The position numbers were made by a program, and so were the translations under genes. A stretch of DNA of 64,000 nt from Eledone cirrhosa (taxonomy: Eukaryota): NCBI GenBank assembly GCA_964016885.1, contig OZ024753.1, positions 43,710,001 to 43,774,000 on the forward strand, given 5' to 3'. Numbering within the stretch: the stretch's first letter is position 1; the number at the start of each line of letters is the position of its first letter. The notes under the pieces were generated by a model. It was not told the DNA's origin and ran no database searches. It was given only the letters and a program-made list of their open reading frames with translations. Below, piece by piece: positions 54,694-64,000 of this stretch.

Positions 54694-55877
54694 AGCACTG
54701 GTCCTGAATAGAAGAATAAACATTTAAACAATTCTAAGTCAGAATCAAAATCAAAGAGATTTGAACTCAGAAGATAAATGACTGCAACTAAATATGACAC
54801 AATATTTCTTTTCTGATGCTCTACCAATTCTGCATTTGCTTATACTTATCTACATGGTAAACATGCCCAGTACACTCTGTAAAGTGGTTGGTGATAGGAA
54901 GGGTGTCTTAACATAGAAATGTTGCCAAACAAAGATTGAAAGGGACCCTTCAATTTGTCAATGACATGACAGCCTCCTTAGTGTTTGGTGACTTACATGA
55001 TAAGGACACCCAGTACACCCTGTAAAGAGTTTGGTGATAGGAAGGGCATCCGGCCATAGAAATTTGCCAAACAAAGTGTTGGGAAGACCCTTTAGTTGAG
55101 TCAGAGACATGACAACCTCTCCTGTGCACTTGGTGGATCACATAAGCAAGACACTGATCCCTGGCCTGTCTGGGAAATCAATGGCTTCACTTCACTATTG
55201 ACTTGGTCTATGTAAACCTGTCCAACTCTTGCTAGCAGGGAAAGCAGGCATTAAAAAGAGGATGATGATATATTCTAAAATGAACATTGTTTTCATCAAC
55301 AAAATTCAGTGTTTGTATTATGTTGAACACTTGTGTTTAGTCTGGCTAGCAGAAACCAACAGGCCTCTATTCAACTTCACAGTTGAATGGTTTAGTGGTA
55401 AGAAGGGTGTTTGGTCTTAATGTGATTTCTCTAACAATATAAAATTGAGTAAAATGTGTAAAAATAGAAAATGGTGTTAACCATGCTAGCTTGGAAAATT
55501 AGATATAATACTTTCAGAATAGAGAGAAAAAAGTATTGAACTGTGAAAGAAGTTGCTCTGCTTGTACAAGTGTCAAACATTAAAACTAAACAATATTCTT
55601 TCTCATGCTAATTTGGTGAATTAGATGTAAATCAGTGAAGTAAATGGTAATAAGTCTCAATTTCTGAGCTAGATTACTACAGTAATTAAACATTTCTTGA
55701 GAATTAACCTCAAAGATAAACACCTAACAATGACCAGTCAACAAATCATTTGAAACTTTGTGTAAATAGAAATGTGAGAATGTGGGAGAATTTATTTGGA
55801 AAATTTTAACAAACAGTAAGTTTGATAACATGAATTAACTCTTCCATTTTTTAGTTGGTGTTTGGAACATAACTTAA

Positions 55878-56329
55878 CCCTTTAACATCTAAACCAGCCG
55901 TATCTGGCCAGAAATCTATCACCCCTTTCTGTTCAAACCAGCTGTAACCAGCCACTCATATTGATGTTAAGGTATTGTTATCAAAATAAATAACCTCAAA
56001 ATCTCATAGATTCGATATTAAGTGGGATTTTTTTGATTTTTTTTTAGATGTCCATCTCTTTATTTATACCTATCTAGCTGTATACCTATAAACAAAGTTT
56101 TATAACACACCAAAATATATGGCCGGAGAGATAAAAAAGTAAACAAAAACAAAAGCGACCATCAATTCACCACCAACTGGAAAATGTGATCGTAAAAGGG
56201 TAAATAAAAGAAAAAGAGACGTTGTATGTCTTAATCCGTATGGGGTCACACGTGCTGGCCTCCCCGTAACATAAAGCCTTTACCATGAAAATATAATAGT
56301 AAATATAGAGTAATGTAAATGCTAACGGG
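55878..56329. mobile_element. piggyBac-like MITE (family 1) with a ~250-bp internal insert, nested in a family-2 MITE
   Basis: TTAA|CCCTTTAACAT...ATGCTAACGGG|TTAA. The segment at about 56025-56270 is absent from the other copies. Confidence 0.75.
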
Positions 56330-56844
56330 TTAAGAATGGTTCTCAGACAATATTTTAATGGAAGGATTTCAGTTAAATATAAACAACTTAGTATGATAGA
56401 GCTATGAGGTTGGCTTATATTGATTTAGGTTGGTTTGGTGCTAAAAGAGTTAAGATAAAATAACTGAAATTGATACAAGCTTGTTATTATTGCTGAATGA
56501 AATTCTACTGAGTTTGTCCAGGTTCAATACAGTCTATAAAATATATAAAATATCTGAATTATATAGCAGAACAATAAAAGGAGGGATGGAAGTTTAGAAT
56601 AGTGATAGCACTTTCATTATTTATAGCCTTGAGCTTTCAACCTATGAGTGCATCTTATGGAGGAAGAAACCTTTGATTGACAGGTATAATGTAAAGAGAA
56701 ATATCTAACCCACTTTCTTTAAACTTGCCTGACTTTGAAGCTATAAAATGTAGGAAATAGTAAAATTCATAGGAGTAGTATGTTGGAGTAGTAACAGAAT
56801 GTAGGAACAACTCTCAGGATCAATGATAAATGATGATGACAAAC

Positions 56845-56896
<52 letters not shown>

Positions 56897-56960
56897 GGAA
56901 CAAGTAAGACCCCGACGGCTGAGCTCAAGCCGTTTTGACGGCTAATTCTGGTCTACGTTA

Positions 56961-57015
<55 letters not shown>

Positions 57016-57064
57016 ATTCATTTCTTTCCAAACTTTTGCACATCCTCCATGGTGTTCCTGTTTA

Positions 57065-57500
57065 TTCATCATCATCAACATCATTGTTTTACATCCATTT
57101 TTTTCTACACTAACGTGGGTTGGGCAGGTCTTTTATAGCACAGCATCTCTCTATTCATCGTGTTCCTTCATCATCTCTTCTGTGAGTCTCATCGATTTGA
57201 GATCAGCTCTCACTACCTCCACCCATGTCTTCCTTAGTCTACCTCTACTGCAGCTTTCTTTCACTAGCAATTCCTGGCACCTCTTCACCCAGCGATCATC
57301 CATACACATCACATGTTCATACCAATGCAGTCTTCTCTTGCTGCCTAGGTCTTCCTTGGTCTACCTCTACTACAGCTTCCTTCCACTAGCATTTCCTGGC
57401 ACTTTTTCATTATTGTGCAATATCGTGCTTGCACAAATAAGATACAACTTCATTTCCAATAAGAGAGAGAGAATCCTTTTGTGGGCAACAGAAGTAACAC
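57065..57500 (-). mobile_element. Decayed RTE LINE 3' fragment
   Basis: Has a (CAT)n tail; CCATGTCTTCCTTAGTCTACCTCT is the reverse complement of a RGRxRKTW-coding motif, followed by the HVM motif region. Confidence 0.65.
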
Positions 57501-57849
57501 CTCCCTGGATATTTAGTCCTTCACATATTTAATTATATAATCCAGGTATGTGGCTGTCATCCCATTGACTGGCACATCAAAATGGTTGTCAACATCTAGA
57601 AGGAAACCACTGCAGATGCATCACATTAATTGGTCAAGTTATGACTGTAGCAGAGAGATTTATAGAGCAGCTAGTTAGGATGGAAGTCAATCAGTTTTAA
57701 TGGGATGTAGTTCAAAATTGTGCCAGTTCATGGTTCCATGAATTCTAACTTCTTAGTGAATCTAGACAAGTGTTTTGGTAAGATCAAGCTCCATAATCAT
57801 TTGCCTTGATAACAATCATCCATCTTTTTTCTTAGAGTCTAGGTTTTGC

Positions 57850-57885
<36 letters not shown>

Positions 57886-58896
57886 CTCTAACTACTCAAC
57901 TGTACGTCATAGTCACACAACACACAACAATAAGTGTTTGAAGGTCATTTTCCCAACTAAAGCAGGAGTTCTATTTGAGTTAATGTTGTATGTCAGGATG
58001 TCCTTGGCATCGTTGTTTTTTTTTAGAAATTAGTACGAGGAAACAATGTTTCCATTGATCTTTCGATTACTGATCCTGTGTGTTGATCATAACTCTTGGC
58101 ACAAGAAAGGCTCTGATCATCAGAATGTTTCCATTGATCTTTCCATTGCTGATCTTGTCTGTTGGTCATAACTCTTGGCCTCCAAAAGAATCTGATCATC
58201 AGATCAGCCCAAGGAAACAATGTTTCCATAAGTCTTTCCAGTGTTGATACAGTCTGTTGCTCATAACTCCTTGTAGAAGTATCAATGTGACATAACATAT
58301 TTTACTAAAGAAGTAAGTACACTGCTCTGTCTAGGAATCAAACCCACAACCTCATAATTATCAGCTCAACACCTTAACCGTTATGCCACATGATTTGTGT
58401 TAAAATATGATAATAAATCACGGAAATATATTCATTAAATTTACCACTTTATGATAATTTAATTAATGTTTTATATTATATTATAAGAGTACCATTTATG
58501 TTGCTAAACTGGCACAATCCTAATAATTTAACTATTGAAATTCTTGACAGACACTTCATGATTAGTCATTTATAATTTCAATTGTTTTCTATAGAATTGG
58601 CCTTAAACCTTTTCTGGTGCAACTCATATTTTGGTTTTGCTGACTGCAAGAATTAATTCAATCCAGCCTTTACTTTATCTCTCCAAGTGGTCTGACTAAC
58701 GGACTAGACTTCTTGCTTATAAATTCTAACGGAAAACTGGTCAAGTATCCATAATTTACTGAATGCTATTTCTACTGAAATCTGTGTGTGTGTGTGTACG
58801 TATGTATGTATGTGTGTGTGTATGTCACTGATGTGTAGTGTATGTATGTACGAGTGCCTATGTCATTGGGTGTGTTGGCCATAAATCAAACGGCCC

Positions 58897-59065
<169 letters not shown>

Positions 59066-59161
59066 TATATATCGCCATTTAACCTTCGTTTTTCGATTTT
59101 ATATATATATGTGTGTGTGTGTCTATGTATATACACATACATATGTATTTATATATATATG

Positions 59162-59194
<33 letters not shown>

Positions 59195-59304
59195 ATATAC
59201 ACATACATATCTATATGGATACATCATACACACACATACATATCTATATGGATAAATCATACACACGCACACATACATATCTATTTATATATATATATAC
59301 ACAC

Positions 59305-59363
<59 letters not shown>

Positions 59364-59522
59364 CATACATATGTATTTATATATATATATATACACATAT
59401 ATATATATATATTTATATATATATATATATATACATACACATACATACATATGTATTTATATATATATATATATACACATACATACATATATATATATGT
59501 ATTTATATATATATATATATAC

Positions 59523-59563
<41 letters not shown>

Positions 59564-59592
59564 CACATACATACATATTTATATATATATAT

Positions 59593-59653
<61 letters not shown>

Positions 59654-60632
59654 CATACATATGTATTTATAGATATATATACACATGCATATGTATTTAT
59701 ATATATATATACACATACATACATATGTATTTATATATATATACACTCACATACACACAAAAGCAACCAGCAATATAATAGTAGATAGTTGAGTTAAACT
59801 TTCTCAACATAAATCTTTGCTGAGAAGGGAATTAAGAGAGTTAATGGAACACCTTACAAATTAATGTCACATCTTGTAAATAATTGGAAGGTTTTGGAGT
59901 ATTTCAGCCAGCTTTAGCTCAACTTTGAAGCTTATCTTTATTCACAGCACATTCCTACATATGTGCTCTTTATATCTTGAAGCTCAATATGCCTGCAGGT
60001 CTGGCTTGATCACTATCAAACTGGCTGTGTACGTGTGTGTGTGTATGTGTGTGTGTGTGTGTATGTGTCTGTGTGTGTGTGTGTATATATGTCTGTGTGT
60101 ATGTGTGTATATGTATGTATATGTATGTGTGTATATGTGTATTTCTGTCTGTGAATATGTATGTGTTTCTGTGTGTGTGTGTGTGTGTCTGTGTGTAGAT
60201 GTTTCTGTGTGTGTGTGTGTTTCTGTGTGTGTGTGTATGTGTGTAGATGTTTCTGTGTGTGTGTGTGTTTCTGTGTGTGTGTATGTCTGCTTACTTATGT
60301 ATGTGTATGTATGTCTAGTTTGACCACTGGTAAACTGTGTATATGTGTGTGTGTGTGTGTGTGTGAGTTTGTGTGTGTGTACACATAAGCAAACAGTATG
60401 TGAATTTGCATGTGTGTGTGAGTGTGTGTGTGCAAGTGTGAGAGTGTGTGTGTGTGTGTGTGTGTCTTTGTTAGACTCACACACACACTTATTGAACTGT
60501 AGTGAACTCTGTTAGAATGTATAGGTGTACATGTGTGTGTGTGTGTACACAAGTGTATGTGCGTGTGTGACTTAAATACACTCTCTCTCTCTCTCTCTCT
60601 CACACACATACACACCACACACACATACACAC

Positions 60633-60663
<31 letters not shown>

Positions 60664-61776
60664 CCTAAGTGAACAATAAAAATTTGCTCTCTGAAATGAC
60701 AGTAACATTAGAAATGAAGAATTAGGAAAGAGGAGAGAGAATAATATGTAGAAAGAGAGAGAGGGAGGGAGGGGGAGTGGAAGAGAGGGAGGGAGAGTGT
60801 GTGCATGATAGATTGAGCAATGAAGAGAGAAAGATGGAGAAAGGCAGATAGAAAGAGTGAGTATGTATAGAATGATGGAGAGAGAGAATTAAAGAGAAAG
60901 TTTCTAAAATAGATGCAGTGTGTGTGTGGGGGGGGGGGGGTATAGCATGTGAGTGTGAGGGGGGAGAGAGAGAGTTATAGCATGAGTGTGAGGGAGGAGA
61001 GAAAGAGATAGTTATAGCATGTGAGTGTGAGGGGGAGAGAGAAAAAGAGAGAGTTATAGCATGTGAGGGGAAGAGAGAGAAAGAGAGAGAGAGTGTGACA
61101 ATTATAGCATGTGTGTCTGTGTGGGAGTGCAGAGAGAGAGAGGCAGAGGGCAAGAGAGAGAGAGAGAGAGTGTGTGACAATTATAGCATGTGTGTGAGGG
61201 TGTAGACGGGAGGACAGACAAACAGACAGTAGAAGATTACCCATGAAGAAGAAGAAGGTGTATTATGGCTAATTTGTGTATTTATTGTTCATGGAAGATG
61301 GTAAATCTAGAGAATAAGATGCCAAAAATTCAAGGTATTTTCTAAATTATGATCCCGTTTGTAAAGGTGAAAGCATTGTGCCATGAAATTCGGTAAATAA
61401 TTCCTTTAAACACCAATAAATAATAGCAGAGTTGATAGATATTATACAGTTAATCTAATTTTGTGAAAAGGCAGGAGATGTGAAGCTAGTGGGTGCTTGC
61501 AATCCTTTTAGCTTCTTGTTTAATGTTATATTAAATTAAAACAAAACGCCACCCACCCCACTGACTCCCCACCCCCTCCTACAGATCTCTACTTTATTAT
61601 CTCTAACCCTTGTGGATTCTTAAGCTTGAAATAAACTATAAGCATGACATAATTTATCTCCCCCTGTCTCCTCAAATTAAGAAAAGCAGTTGCCTCCCCT
61701 TTTCACTCCTTCTCCTGTCTTATATACATATATGTGCGATTGACAGACAGATGAAGAAACAGCTCTTCTTTTATAA

Positions 61777-61992
61777 CAATTGTTTCTACTTTAGGCACAA
61801 GGCCAGCAATTTGAAGTGGAAGGGAAAGTTGATTAAATCAACCCCAGTGTATGACTGCTACTTTATTTATTGACCCCCGTAAGGATGAAAGGCAAAGCTA
61901 ACCTCGGTGGGATTTGAATTCAAAACATAAAGAGCTGTAACTATATGCCATATCGCATGTTCCCCGACACTCTACCGGAACTGCCACTCCAC
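61777..61992 (-). mobile_element. SINE family A
   Basis: Reverse-complement match to the consensus. Confidence 0.8.
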
Positions 61993-62508
61993 CATTCTGT
62001 AGTAGGACAGTAGGGCAGAATCCATAACCAAGAGGTTAGAAAGTGAACTCTTTAACCACACGACCATTCCTCTTCCAATGGTAAAAAAAAACAAAAAAAA
62101 ACAACCTATATTTTTTGGTGCTTTTTAAATAACTAACATCTCAACTTTCTTGGATTCTGTCTTTGGAATGTTCTATGTAGAAAGTAAGGAAAATGGCAGA
62201 CAATTCTTTAAGGTTGCCTTAAAGTTGGCAACAGGAATTGCTGTTATACATCTAGATGTTCAGCTTGCTGGTATTTCAAATCAATTATCAAACTGCTATG
62301 ATCATTATTTACACTGTTGACTTTGACAACCAATCATTATTGGCAGTAAAATAAGAGCTGGCACTGAGCAGGAATTGGCACACTTGGCGAATCTTCTCTG
62401 CAGACATCTTGTCATAAGAATGTTTGTCTCTCTTCACAGAATTTCTACATATTTACAAATGTAAAATAAGAGTTCTAACCAAAATTACAACCTCACTCCC
62501 ATACACAC

Positions 62509-62560
<52 letters not shown>

Positions 62561-62608
62561 TATATATACATACACACAAATATATATACATACACACACA
62601 TATATATA

Positions 62609-63145
62609 TTGGATTGGCAGTATCGGTAGAGGGTCGGACGCCATGCTTTCCAGCATAGTTACGTCCCTTTACGATCTGAGTTCAAATCCCGCCAAGGTTG
62701 ACTTTGCCTTTCATCCTTACGGGGTCGATAAAATAAAGTACCAGTAATGCACTGGGTAATTGCTGGCCTTGTGCCTAAAGTAGAAACAATTATTATCTTG
62801 TTATGTCCTTGAGGAAGACACTTTATTACTTCACGTTGCTCCTTCTACCTGGAGTTGTGGCCGATAGATAGTATTAGCAACTGGAAAGACCAAGGAATTT
62901 GGTTCGATTTGATGAAAGTCGATCGACTGTCGATTATTATTATTATTTGGATTCTCAGTATCGGTAGAGCGTCAGACGCCATGCTTTCCAGCACAGTTAC
63001 GTCCCTTTACGGACTGAGTTCAAATCCCGCCGAGGTTAACTTTGCCTTTCATCCTTACGGGGTCGATAAAATAAAGTACCAGTAATGCACTGGGATAATT
63101 GCTGGCCTTGTACCAAAAGTAGAAACAATTATTATTATTATTATT
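62609..63145 (+). mobile_element. Two SINE family A copies (62609-62795, 62948-63145)
   Basis: Both match the consensus. Confidence 0.85.
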
Positions 63146-63231
63146 AGTAGTAGTAGTATTAGTACAGATTGATGTTTAAGCAAAGAATTTCTGCTTTCAC
63201 CCTATACGGGATCTTCTGAAACTTAATCCTT

Positions 63232-63266
<35 letters not shown>

Positions 63267-63485
63267 AATTGTCAATTTTTATGAATTAGGTATTATAATG
63301 TAAATATCAGTATTCATGAATGAGACACATATCCATAATGTGTGAGAAAGGTGACCACATGCTCAGTTAAAAATTCTTATATATATAACTATCATAACAG
63401 TTTCACTACCAAATCAACTTTTTAAAAGGAAGTTGCATTATCACAAGGTATGTCACTAATTATTTATAAAACAGCTTATGCATTG

Positions 63486-63551
63486 TATTTTGTCTGAGGA
63501 AGGCATAACAAATTTTTAATATGATATCCCAGAAATATATATAACGAAATA
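63486..63551 (+). ncRNA. Type-I hammerhead ribozyme with imperfect stem II
   Basis: TATTTTGT CTGAGGA [AGGCATAACAAATT TTT AATATGATATCCCA] GAAA TATATA TA ACGAAATA. Stem I is 8 bp including one G-U pair. Confidence 0.7.
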
Positions 63552-63685
63552 AATATGGTTTTATAAATATAAATATAGTTTCCATTTGTTTAATATCGTA
63601 AACCTACTCCAGAAACTGTTGAGTGCTTTTATATCAGTTATAAAATATTTACTCGTTGTAACCCAACAATCTTAAATAAAACTTT

Positions 63686-63724
<39 letters not shown>

Positions 63725-64000
63725 GATAACAAGTTATCATTATAGGTAATCCAGTTAGAGGTAATCCGGTATACTATATATATATATATATATATACTAC
63801 TATATATATATAAATAAATATATAGTAATTCTCAGGGAGATTCAGTGTGAAAAGTCTAACCTTTTGAAGTATAGATACAACTCAGTTTTGCCAGCTCAGC
63901 GTACATTATCAATATGAAAATATGTCTCAGTGAAACAACACACTACACAGTTCCAGAAATGAAGCTCACAACTATGAGGTAAACAACCCTAACAACCCTA

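Noticed and set aside
63985-64000. AACCCTAAC AACCCTA telomere-like repeat at the window end
   Set aside because: Only two imperfect units; more likely part of a SINE fragment.

Overview
This is AT-rich eukaryotic DNA, very rich in microsatellites. The repeat repertoire suggests an octopus or other cephalopod (inference). I find no credible host protein-coding gene; the long ORFs in the track are translations of (TA)n, (CT)n, (CA)n and (GGT/GAT)n repeats. The window holds more than 20 copies of one tRNA-derived SINE, a second SINE family whose 3' tail is shared with RTE LINEs, decayed RTE LINE fragments, a mariner transposase relic, TTAA-flanked piggyBac-like MITEs, a non-autonomous Helitron and many tandem arrays. 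The main finding is a set of at least six type-I hammerhead ribozyme (HHR) motifs in short non-coding elements lying between (TA)n tracts. They have a short palindromic stem III, two carry a compensatory U3-A8 core, two have a very long stem II, and many sit in fold-back or inverted-duplication structures. This fits non-autonomous Penelope-like or retrozyme-like elements. All coordinates and folds were read by eye.
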